Assembly: GCA_054661495.1 (NCBI GenBank)
Contig: BAAFSQ010000046.1
Coordinates: 22,672 to 54,671, forward strand
Direction of reading: 5' to 3'
Source: Zygophlyctis sp. KS116
Lineage: Eukaryota; Fungi; Chytridiomycota
DNA: 32,000 bases
In this document: positions 1 to 9,762 of the stretch, piece after piece
How the letters are laid out: each line of letters starts with the position of its first letter
How positions within the stretch are numbered: position 1 is the stretch's first letter
Program-made: the position numbers and the translations under genes
Notes under the pieces: generated by a model
The model's database searches: none
The model's input: only the letters and a program-made list of their open reading frames with translations
What the model was told of the DNA's origin: nothing

Positions 1-396
1 TAAAGAAACATTTGATTAAATTGTAAAGGTGTGGGATTTCGCTAGTGCTAAACTTATTTCAAATGTTCAGTGGTCTGAATCTATTGACGGCGAAGCTCAG
101 AAATCGAGTTTATTATACACCACTAGTTTTTCTCGTGGACATGAAAGTCCAGTAGGTAAATGTAACAATCGGTTTATCATTGCTGGAGGATCTAATAGAA
201 ATGAATTGAAAATTTTCACTTCAGAATCTTATCGAGTATATATTATTAATTTACATATTAGACGGTTGCGTCCATAATCGGACTTTCAGAGGCTGTTTAC
301 TCTGTTTCAATGTCTGGAAACGATAGATACCTAGCAGTAGGTGGGGCTTCTCAGTCTCTTATGATATTTAATATTGAAGAAAAAGTGTCAGACTGA
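1..396 (+). CDS. 3' end of a WD40-repeat protein (partial)
   Basis: VWDF motif after an AG acceptor at 27-28. Removing intron 236-261 (26 nt, GT..AG) gives ...SYR|TVASIIGLSEAVYSVSMSGNDRYLAVGGASQSLMIFNI..., a WD40 blade. Stop TGA 394-396. Confidence 0.7.
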
Positions 397-435
397 AATC
401 TTTAACTTTGAGTTTAGGGCCAATTGATTTTTAAA

Positions 436-2034
436 ATGATTACTAGATCAAGTCAGATCTTTACAAGATCGCTGAAAAAAGTGAGGCCGATCTCTATGGA
501 TTTGAATAGGCTCAGCCGCCCACTGATGATGCAACTTCGTCCTCTAACATCGGATAAAAATGCATCCAAAACTGATTCCAATCAGCAAAATGATGCCTCA
601 GGGTTTAATATTTTTGAGCAACTCAAAGCTCAGCAATCTGGTCAAAGAAATGGTGGCTTTGAAGAATCACCTGAAATTGATGAGCGGGAAAAGGCGAGAC
701 TTAATAGAGAAGCAGCCAAGGCGGAAAATGATGTCAACGAGCGTCAAAAAAAGACTTTTGGAATAGGATCATTAGTGACTGTTCTTGCATCTCTTGGATT
801 CTACATTTATTTAGGTACTAATTGTTTTAATAATCATAGGTCTTGCATCTGAGGATGAACCTGATAAAGATCCTGAAGAGGGTGCTTTTGGGGCTCATAA
901 TAGAAGAGTTCTTAGTGCATTGACTGGTTATTATAATGTATGATGATTATTTAATTACGATAAAGTACTGGATGAGTCCAGCAATTCTCAAGCTGTTACC
1001 GGATCCACTTCCTGCTCCTTATCAGAGACCAATCACTCTTTGTGTCGAGTTGAATGACTCTTTGGTTCATTTAGTTTGGGATGTAAATTAATTCTCTTAA
1101 TATTTTAGAAATCAGAAGGATGGAAGGCGGCATTAAGACCTGGAGCTAAACAATTTCTGGCAAGCTTGAGTCGTTACTATGAGGTTGTGATCTATACCAC
1201 ACAAGCAGCATATGTGAGATTGTTAAAATTAATATTAGCTTGCTGAACCTGTTGTCACTGCTATTGATCCATTTCAGTATGCCATGTATCGACTATATAG
1301 AGACCACACACGTATTGTTAACGGCAAGTTTATAAAGGATATAGATCATCTCAATCGTGACACTAAAAAAGTTATCGTATTAGACATAAATCCAGATTCT
1401 TATTCTTTGCAACCAGAAAATGGTGTTAGTTTAAAGCCTTGGAGGGGTGAATCTGGTGATTCAGAATTAATACGAATGAGCTCTTTTCTTGAAGGTATTT
1501 TCGCAAGTATAATTTCTAGAATTGAACGTTTTTATGAGTATGATTGGCTCAGATGATGTTCGACCTTTTTTGAATTCGTTAAAGAGTATCGATCCCGATG
1601 ATGCTCCAGCGGCATGGCAAAAATATAAAGAAAAAATGCGAAATGATTTTGATTCGATCCAGAAAGAGAAAAAGGCACAATCACCTTCGCTTTTGGGATC
1701 TCTAATTGGTGGACGTGGTCAAGCCCGTAAAAGAAATGTTATTGATATGCTGGAATCTGTCGTAAAAGAAGAAAGAGCTACATTTGCAAAAGAACAGGAG
1801 CAAAATAAAGCGCAGATGCTTGAAATACAAAAGCAGCATGAAGAAGCTATCAAGAAACAAATTGAAGAAAACAAGAGTAAAAATCTAAAATTATGGGATT
1901 ATATGATGGGAGCTGGTCAGCCTGCAACACAAAATGATGATACAAATCAGCATTCTAAATCATGGTTCCAGGAACTTTTCAAGACGGATTCTCCTCAAGA
2001 TCAGCCATCTGTCAGTATGGAAGCATCTAAATAA
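436..2034 (+). CDS. TIM50: Mitochondrial import inner membrane translocase subunit Tim50
   Basis: Arg/Ser-rich presequence, single TM (GIGSLVTVLASLGFYIYLG), LLPDPLPAPYQRPITL, GWKAALRPGA, FCP1-like domain (YRLYRDHT..KDIDHLNRD..QPENG). Introns 815-839, 938-965, 1083-1108, 1214-1238 and 1495-1519 join the ORF fragments in frame. Confidence 0.93.
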
Positions 2035-2102
2035 AATGCCATTTTTAAGTATTTGATCATTGTGATTTTGTTACCTGAGCATTTAAGATTACTTATCTTC
2101 CG

Positions 2103-3989
2103 ATGAAAGTTATTGAAGAGGGGTGGATATTTGATTCAGATTTTGACTCTGTAAGAAACATCATTTTAATTAAATAGGGAAATCTAGCAAAAGTTGAAGT
2201 TGATGATCGTTTAACAACGCAATCTAGACGAGATTCTTTGGCGTCAAACCCATCTATTGCTCCTTCGGCAGAATCTAATTTAGAAGCTATCACATCAACC
2301 AAGAAGGCTTCTGCCAAAAGAAAGGTCATTCAGTTCAACTTATGGACGAAACCAGATTTTAAATCCTCAAAAAATCGGACATGGTTTCATTTCTCAATCG
2401 AAAAGGATACTGATGAAAAATCAGATTTGCTGATTAACCTTCGATTCTCAATCATGAGCCTTAATTCTGTTAAGAAATTATTTGAAATGGGAATGAGGCC
2501 AGTCTATCGCTTAAGTGGTTTTGAAGTCTGGCATAGGATTCCAATCGCACCGACTGTGGATTCTATAGATCATGGGATGATGTTACACTTTAATCTATAC
2601 TTTTCAGGCACTTTAAGAGATGATGTTAATTTTGATGGTGTAGATTATAAGACGCTTGGTTCTCGGTCTCATCCTTTCCCGGTTAGGAAGATATATTTGG
2701 CATATTCTCTTCCATATAGCTACACATATTTGCAGAAGAGGATATGTAGCCTTGAAAATCATTTTGCTCCATCTTTTATGAAGAGAATCAATATTCAGCC
2801 CGAATCAATGGGATCGGACACTACTAATCATTCGAAAGGGATGGAAAGATTTGACTCTAAATATCAGCTTATCAATAAAGCAGGTCATGAAACCAATTTG
2901 TATTTTCATAGGGATTTGCTGGCTAAATCTTTAGATGGTCATCGATTGGATTTAATCACAATCAGCTCGCATGATGGAATGATTGACAATCCAGCACATG
3001 AATCATTATGCGCAGAATTATTTCCCGATGGTTCTAAATCGAGGGCAAGAGCCTTTAGAATGTGTTCAAGCAGAGTCTCTTTGTCATCACAAAAGTTGAA
3101 TGTGAATCATTCTGAAGGGAAAAAGTATTTTATTGTCACAGCAAGAGTTCATCCTGGGGAAACGGCATCATCTTATGTATTGGATGGATTTTTAGAATTC
3201 CTACTATGTGAACATGATCCTAGAGCAGCTCTGCTTCGCTCAAAATTTGTTTTTAAAATCATTCCTATGTTGAATCCGGATGGCTGTTTCAGAGGCAATT
3301 ATCGTGATGATTCAAGAGGAGTTAATCTCAATAGAGTATATGATTCTCCTGATCCAAATACACACCCAACAATTTACGCTACAAAAAAGTACATTATGGA
3401 CGTCTGCAATCCATCAGGGCAGATCGGATTCTACATTGATCTTCATGCTCATGCAAACAAGACAGGCTGCTTTTTATTTGCTAATCGTGTACTGGACGCA
3501 GATGATCGCAAAAAGATTTGGACTTTTGGAAAAAAGATGAAAGAGCATTGTCCATGGTTTGATTTGCGAGAATGTGATTTCACTGCAGAGAGAAGCCTAA
3601 AGAATATTCCAAGGCAAAACACAAAGACTAACCTTTCCGGTTCTAAAGTATCTCCTGATCAAAGAGAGTATCGCACCAAGGATGGGACTGGGCGTGTTGC
3701 AATATTTGCTGCTACTGGATGTCCTCATTGTTACACATTTGAAGTGAATTATCATAGTGCTAGACACGATATTGGATGGACAGGTAACGTCAAATCTCAA
3801 AAAACCATGTCATCGAGCCCATATTGTCCACCATCCATAAAATGCAAAGAAGAAACATGTCTACTGAATCGATCAATTTCTTCATTTTCTAAATTTGAAA
3901 ATCACGAATCTGGATTTACTTTGGGTGATTTTCACTCTATGGGAAGATCTTTGGCATTAGCAGCATTGGATGTGGTTCAGCGTGAATAA
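2103..3989 (+). CDS. AGBL5: Cytosolic carboxypeptidase, M14D family (CCP5/AGBL5-like tubulin deglutamylase)
   Basis: After intron 2151-2177 the N-terminus reads FDSDFDS|GNL. Motifs: RTWFHF, zinc ligands ARVHPGE and IDLHAH, PMLNPDG, NLNR, catalytic TFE, and KDGTGRVA resembling CCP5. The subfamily call is from motif recall. Confidence 0.82.
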
Positions 3990-4095
3990 CGAAAATATAC
4001 TCTCAAAATCCCAATTACTGTAAAATTCCTCAAAATGAATCCGTATTGGCTTGATTGTTTTTCAAAGAGATCCAAATTGGATCATCTATTTAGCC

Positions 4096-5313
4096 TCATG
4101 ATCTTCTTCTAAAGAGAGCAAACAAAAGTGCCAGAATTATAAACGGCTGTGATTTTGAAAGTATCCTTAAAATCACTGACAATGGCGATTGTCCAAAATG
4201 AGTCCCAACCGACTGATTTGATGAAGCTAAAGGAGTCGGTTTACTTTCCAGAGCCTTTAAAGCTGAAGTATCTTCCACTTTCTGAACAATATCCTTTTTC
4301 CCTCCTAAAACAGCTGTTAAAAGTTTAGAAACAGGAGGACTTTCATTTCGTTTATTATTCTTTAGCCACTTGTGTGCTTTAGCCAAAGAAATCGGAAATG
4401 CCTGAGTAGTAATTAGAGAAACTACAGATTTGGGTAACCATCCTTGTAAATCCCCATCAACTACTTGTGTGACAAAACAAGCCCCCTCCACAGACGGGTG
4501 AGGTTCTACCAATATACCTGCAATATTCGCCAGCATTCTTACGTCTCCTGCATCACTAATGTAAGAAGGATGAGAAGAGATGGAAGTTGTAACATTTAAA
4601 AAAGAATGTGGCTTAATTTCATCTAGAAAAGACATCACCAAAGCATCTCTTGGAGCTGTAGGCCAAAACCCTCTTGTTTTCATATACTTTTCTCTTTAAA
4701 AGAAATAATTACCTGAATAGAAGTCATAGAGTCCAAAACCTCTAAAACTCCTGCACTTGTACAAATCTCATCCCATTCTGATCTTTTACTTATATCAGAT
4801 AAATAGTCAAATGCCTCTTCAGGACTTGTATCCTAAAAATTACTAAACCTTCTATACCATTTCAACCAGAATTCTGAATGTAAAATCGCATTTTTTCTTT
4901 TGATGCACTTGAATCTTGTACACAGAGTCTGATTTACTGGAAGATCTAGTCAAAACCAAGTTCCAGACATCTTCTTCTCTATCTCCTACAGGACTTTTGA
5001 CTGTATCTGCCATTTCCAAAAACTGAGCCTTGAGAGCATTGAATTTTTCCAAATTCCCTGGATCAACTTGCTTTGTCTCTTGAGTCTCTTGGACATTTAG
5101 AGACTTGATAGCAGTGGATGCTGGACTTTTCACTGGCGCTGAAAGAGTCATTGTCTTTTCTGATACATCGGCTTCATACAAGCGATACAAAGATATAAAA
5201 GAGAGTATGGCTAGAGATCCCTGTGATAGATAGAGAATAGTTTTCTCTTCAAATACAAACATTGATACAAAAATCGATGTGAAACTGAGAGATAGAATCA
5301 CTAGTTCAATCAT
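4096..5313 (-). CDS. START (StAR-related lipid transfer) domain protein with hydrophobic segments at both termini
   Basis: Introns 4833-4857 and 4687-4712 join the ORFs: SPEEAFDYL..RSEWDEIC, WPTAPRD, VDGDLQGWLPKSVV. Two N-terminal hydrophobic helices and a C-terminal IILALLFALFRRRS tail. Confidence 0.8.
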
Positions 5314-5327
5314 TTTTTCAGGAAATT

Positions 5328-5876
5328 ATGTTTAGCGATAGTCTTCTTGTTGGAGCCTTGACGTTAACTTGGCCCTTGTATATTTACTCTTATAAACAAT
5401 CGGTAGTCTCTCCGATACTTAATATTGGCTTGCATGCATGTAGAATTGTTGTAAAACTCTTTATACCACTGCTAGAAGCCAAAGTCAATTCAAGTCTTGA
5501 TATTTTCCCTCAAAGACATTATATTCCTATTCTATTTAGTTATGGTTTAGTATCACTAGGATTACTAGCACCCCTGGATGAAATTCAATTTCAATCAAAA
5601 TTCAATTTAAAACAAATGATTTGGTTGGCATTTTCACATACAACTGAAGCTCTAGTCTTTTATCTAGTATTCTCTAGATTAGAAAGATTTATACATCCAT
5701 CAGAACGTAATTATAATTTTTTCAGATATTCCATGTGTCATATACTGTCTCTATTCTTTAGTTGTTTAGTAGGAAATACTATTCATAATTATAGATTATC
5801 CTCTAAAATATTTTATAAATTCCTCTTTGAATCCATGATACATGTTGGAACTATAATAAAAGAATTATTCTTTTAA
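5328..5876 (+). CDS. Hypothetical multi-pass membrane protein (182 aa, intronless)
   Basis: ATG-started ORF exactly filling the gap between two recognisable genes, with several hydrophobic stretches. No family recognised. Confidence 0.5.
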   Translation: MFSDSLLVGALTLTWPLYIYSYKQSVVSPILNIGLHACRIVVKLFIPLLEAKVNSSLDIFPQRHYIPILFSYGLVSLGLLAPLDEIQFQSKFNLKQMIWLAFSHTTEALVFYLVFSRLERFIHPSERNYNFFRYSMCHILSLFFSCLVGNTIHNYRLSSKIFYKFLFESMIHVGTIIKELFF

Positions 5877-6809
5877 TTTCTTTCTTTCCAAATATCTAGC
5901 TTTAGCATCTTGAACTTTAGAGTCTGTGACAGTAGACTCAAAAGTTCTTTTAAGAGATTCCAAAACTTGAGATTTTTCCTCTTCTTTTTCTAATTGTACT
6001 TTGATTTTTTGTGATTCCAAATCTCTTCTTCTTTTCAAATTTAAAAAATCATTCTTCTTTTTATCTGGCCTGTCTTGTTTTTTTAAGTCTTTTTCATAAA
6101 TATTTAATTTTTGAATTTCTGCCTTTTTAGTAAAGTTCAATCCTCCTTTTAAATATAATCTTTTATCAACAATCTCTTCAGAGTCATTTAAAATGACTAC
6201 TCCTGTTTCTATGGCTTGTTTTATAGCTATAGATTTTTCATCAATTTCATTTAATTGTTCCACAGTCTCTTTATCATTCTTGCCCCTTGACTCTAAATCT
6301 CCTCCCCTCCCAGATTCTAGAATTGACCCAGTTCTTTCATCTAGAATTTTCCTATAAAATCCATTTAAATCCTTCTTCTCTCTAGCTTCTCTCTCTTCTT
6401 CTTCCTTTTCTAATTTCAAGAGTTCCTGTTGCTTGTCCAGATAAGCCTGTGTTACAAACTTTTCCTTATCTTGAAATAAAGCCCCTTCTTCCTCTCTTTC
6501 TCTTTGAATTTTCTTTTCATTTGCAATTTCCAAATCTATTTTCCTCTTGTTTGATGCTCTAATAAGTCCTTGAATATACCTAGCTTCCTTTTTGACACTA
6601 GTCTTGTCTTGTTTCTTCTGTGTTGAAGAAAATGTCTCAAAAGACTTGTCATAGTCAAATATATCAGAATCTTGTTCGATTGCTTGACTGATAATTTCTA
6701 TAGTTTTTTTATCTACATTTTGTCTTTTCCCAACATCGCTTTTCTCTCCTGTATCCTGAACAGGCTCATCAAATACATTTCTTCTCTTGACATTAAGTCC
6801 AAATTTCAT
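5865..6809 (-). CDS. NSRP1: Nuclear speckle splicing regulatory protein 1 / CCDC55 (DUF2040) homolog
   Basis: MKFGLN start, IFDYD, RYIQGLI, EKKIQREREEEGALFQDKEKFVTQAY, C-terminal AKARYLERK. Intronless. Confidence 0.85.
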   Translation of the reverse strand: MKFGLNVKRRNVFDEPVQDTGEKSDVGKRQNVDKKTIEIISQAIEQDSDIFDYDKSFETFSSTQKKQDKTSVKKEARYIQGLIRASNKRKIDLEIANEKKIQREREEEGALFQDKEKFVTQAYLDKQQELLKLEKEEEEREAREKKDLNGFYRKILDERTGSILESGRGGDLESRGKNDKETVEQLNEIDEKSIAIKQAIETGVVILNDSEEIVDKRLYLKGGLNFTKKAEIQKLNIYEKDLKKQDRPDKKKNDFLNLKRRRDLESQKIKVQLEKEEEKSQVLESLKRTFESTVTDSKVQDAKARYLERKKLKE

Positions 6810-6862
6810 TTTTTATCACTTTCTTATTAGATCTTATCACCTTTATAAAGAAAAAACTGAAA

Positions 6863-7774
6863 ATGTCAGAGCCTCAACTGGGAAAGAAATTGCTACAAAT
6901 TTACTCTGAAACTCCCATCGGCTCTCTCCTGATATTAATATTTTCTATTCTATTTACTCTTTTTAATCTAAATCTAAACGTAAGAGTCTCTTTTCTAGAT
7001 GCTATAAATCCTATAAAATTACTATTCTTTACTCTTTCCCATGGCTCTTGGTGGCATGCAGTCATTGCTATTCTAGTTTTTCCACTGGCAAGTGTTAAAT
7101 TTGAACGTGAACATGGAACGCTGGCTCTACTATTTTTTTTCTTGGCATTTAATGTAATTCTTGGTCAATTGTTTATTTGGATTTCTTATATACTTAAAAT
7201 ACTCTCTCTATTCACTTGGGATATGGATTCTATAGGTATTTCAGGACTAGATATTTCTTTTATGGTTTTTATTACTATTGAAGCAATGAATTTAGACTCT
7301 AGTATAAACTCTATTCCTCCTATAGATAATACAGTACCTAAATTTATGTATCCTGTAAGTTTTATGTTGATATTAGAAGTAATTTTATGGGATTTTTTGT
7401 GTACAAGGCATTTAATAGGAATTATTCTAGGATACTTTTATTCTCAAAAGGTATTTCATGGGATCACACCTTCTCCGTATACTTTTGGTAATATTGAATC
7501 AATTCCCTTTTTACAACCTGTTGTAAGATCAAAAATGTATGTTCCTCATCCAGGAGCAATTTCTTTAGACTCTGAAACTCAAGGTCAAAAGAGAGAATCT
7601 TCATTTTTGGATCAAGTTCAGACTTTTGTTGGAAATAGAAATTCACAGTATGTGAGTATAGATGAAGGGAGAGAGGCTGAAAATGGGTTATTACAGACAA
7701 AGGATGAATTATGGGATGATTTGGAGGAAAATCAACAGTCGTGGGAAGAGGAAGTGACTCAAAATGTTAAATAA
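6863..7774 (+). CDS. Rhomboid family intramembrane serine protease (Rbd2/RHBDD1-like)
   Basis: About 6 TM segments, HxxWWH, FExxxGT, catalytic GxSG (GISG) and HLxG (RHLIG), acidic cytosolic tail. Intronless. Confidence 0.72.
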   Translation: MSEPQLGKKLLQIYSETPIGSLLILIFSILFTLFNLNLNVRVSFLDAINPIKLLFFTLSHGSWWHAVIAILVFPLASVKFEREHGTLALLFFFLAFNVILGQLFIWISYILKILSLFTWDMDSIGISGLDISFMVFITIEAMNLDSSINSIPPIDNTVPKFMYPVSFMLILEVILWDFLCTRHLIGIILGYFYSQKVFHGITPSPYTFGNIESIPFLQPVVRSKMYVPHPGAISLDSETQGQKRESSFLDQVQTFVGNRNSQYVSIDEGREAENGLLQTKDELWDDLEENQQSWEEEVTQNVK

Positions 7775-9599
7775 TTAACCGCTTTTGCTTTTATTCAGAC
7801 AAGAATATTTATGATTTAAAAAATTACTCCATATTTTAAATTCTTTAAATCTTTTTGTGGATTTTAGGATTTCTAGAAATTCTAAAATCTTTACAATAGA
7901 TTCGAGTCCAACTGGATTTTCAAGAACGCGATTTGCGTCCAGTCTTGAAAAAAAATACTTGTATTCATTACATGCTTTGAGAATGTCTTGCTCTAAATGT
8001 GATTGAGTATTATATCCAAGAATTAATGCAGATCTAGTCATTCCAAAGTCTATAAGTTCAAGGTTATGATTTAGATCAGCAATCACGTTTTCAGGCCGAA
8101 CGTCTCCATGTATCAATCCATAATTTTCATAAAAATTTTGAGCTAGATTCATGTATTTGACAGATATGCCTCTTTCGAATTCTGATCCAAATTCACAGGT
8201 TTGTAAAAGAACATCTAATGGGATTCCAACAATCTTTTTTTGGCAGATTACCATTGCTGCAGCATCATATACTACTAGCCTATTAATCCGGCTTAAAGCG
8301 ACAATCTCATTGTAAAAAGATTCCCGAGCTTGTCGATCAGACCTGAATAGAAGCTTGATAACCAATTGATCTTGAGGAACTCCTTTAACGTAGCCATTAT
8401 ATGTTACTCCATAGCCTCCACGACCAAGCTCTGATGTAAAAATGAAATGCCAGTTAGTAATTTTGATTCCTGCGGGCAGCATTTCCTTTGAGTTTTTCTT
8501 TGAGCGTAATCGCAGGAAATCTAATTTGACAGAATTAAAAGCATCCAGAATATTTTCCACTTCAAATTCTGAGTAATATTCTCGATATTTAGTTAACCAG
8601 TTTCTTACGCACTTTTCGTTATGTGGCACCAATGGACATTCACTTGCTGCATTAACAAGATCCCTTAGAAAAGCATTGATCACTACCAAGCATTGAGACT
8701 TCGAAAAGTTAAGTTTTATAGCCTTATGAATATAATTGCTCATGAATATTTGAGATCCTTGTTCTAATGGGAAAATGCGAGCTTTTAATACATCCGCTGT
8801 ATGCTTGGACAAAAAATCATTACGACGTTGATCACCAAAGCATGTCCGAAAATTAAGTAAAACATTTTGATCTGATTTTGAATTCTTAATTATCAATATT
8901 CCCATTTCCTCATCATAATCAACCAGCTCCATATTCATCCTGAAACGATCAAACTCGTTTAAATAGTCCCTTTGGAAGAAATAAAGTCTAAACTCCAAAA
9001 AATCCTGTACATTGCAATCAGTACATCCTCTAAAAATAGCACATTTTGGATTCTTATCCACACATCCCTGATAAAGAATCACATATTTGTCACCAGATAT
9101 ACTAAATTCCAAAGGCAATACAGAAATCGGATTAGGATGCTTTTTCAAATTAATGATTTTTTGTCGTTCAAACTGAGCCAGTACAAAATTCCTCTGATGA
9201 CTAGAAAGTCCAATTTTCTCGTGAAAATCCATCCAACATTTCAATATCTTTCCAGATATCCCAGAAAAAGGATATTTGAGTACAGTCTGTAGAGCAAAAT
9301 CCAAATACTCTTTAATTTCAAGATGATATTTATCCTTATCAAAAGCATTGATATAAGAAGCCGCAAAAACAACGTATGCGGGATTCAATGGATCTTCCAA
9401 TGCTTTTTTAAATATATGATTTCCATGTAGCAAATGATCCGAACTAGAATTATTTATCAAATATTAATACCGACTTATTGGTTGAAGCATTGTTGATTGC
9501 TTAAACGGTTCTAAAGATTTCTGATAATCAAAGTAGTTTTCACTAATCATCATCTTCTAAAAGTAGTAGAGTAAACGGAATGCCCACGTGCAGATGCAT
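7775..9599 (-). CDS. Orphan protein with C-terminal protein kinase-like domain
   Basis: LGRGGYGVTY (Gly loop), VIK, alphaC E, HGDVRPEN, IDFG. The track ORF starts at TTG 9460; introns 9444-9470 and 9557-9587 extend it in frame to ATG 9553 or ATG 9599. Confidence 0.72.
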
Positions 9600-9762
9600 T
9601 CCTTTATCAGTATAAAATTTATCTGGTAAGCAGCAATTTCCGCAACGCAATTTTTCTTTCAGTAGTTTGGCATAAATTATCCGCTATTCCGCTATTCCGC
9701 AATCAAGAGATCCTTTCCGTCCAAACTGTACAAAGAATGATCCCTAGGCCATTATTAAAAAA
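9600..9762. promoter_or_regulatory. Bidirectional promoter between the kinase and the esterase-ABCG gene, with repeated TTCCGC elements
   Basis: Tandem ttatccgc-tattccgc-tattccgc at 9677-9700, plus tttccgc at 9637-9643 and tttccgt at 9714-9720. Confidence 0.45.

Noticed and set aside
2070-2083. Possible RFX X-box (GTTACCTGAGCAT) upstream of the ciliary CCP gene
   Set aside because: Only one half-site matches, and no counterpart is evident upstream of CFAP52.
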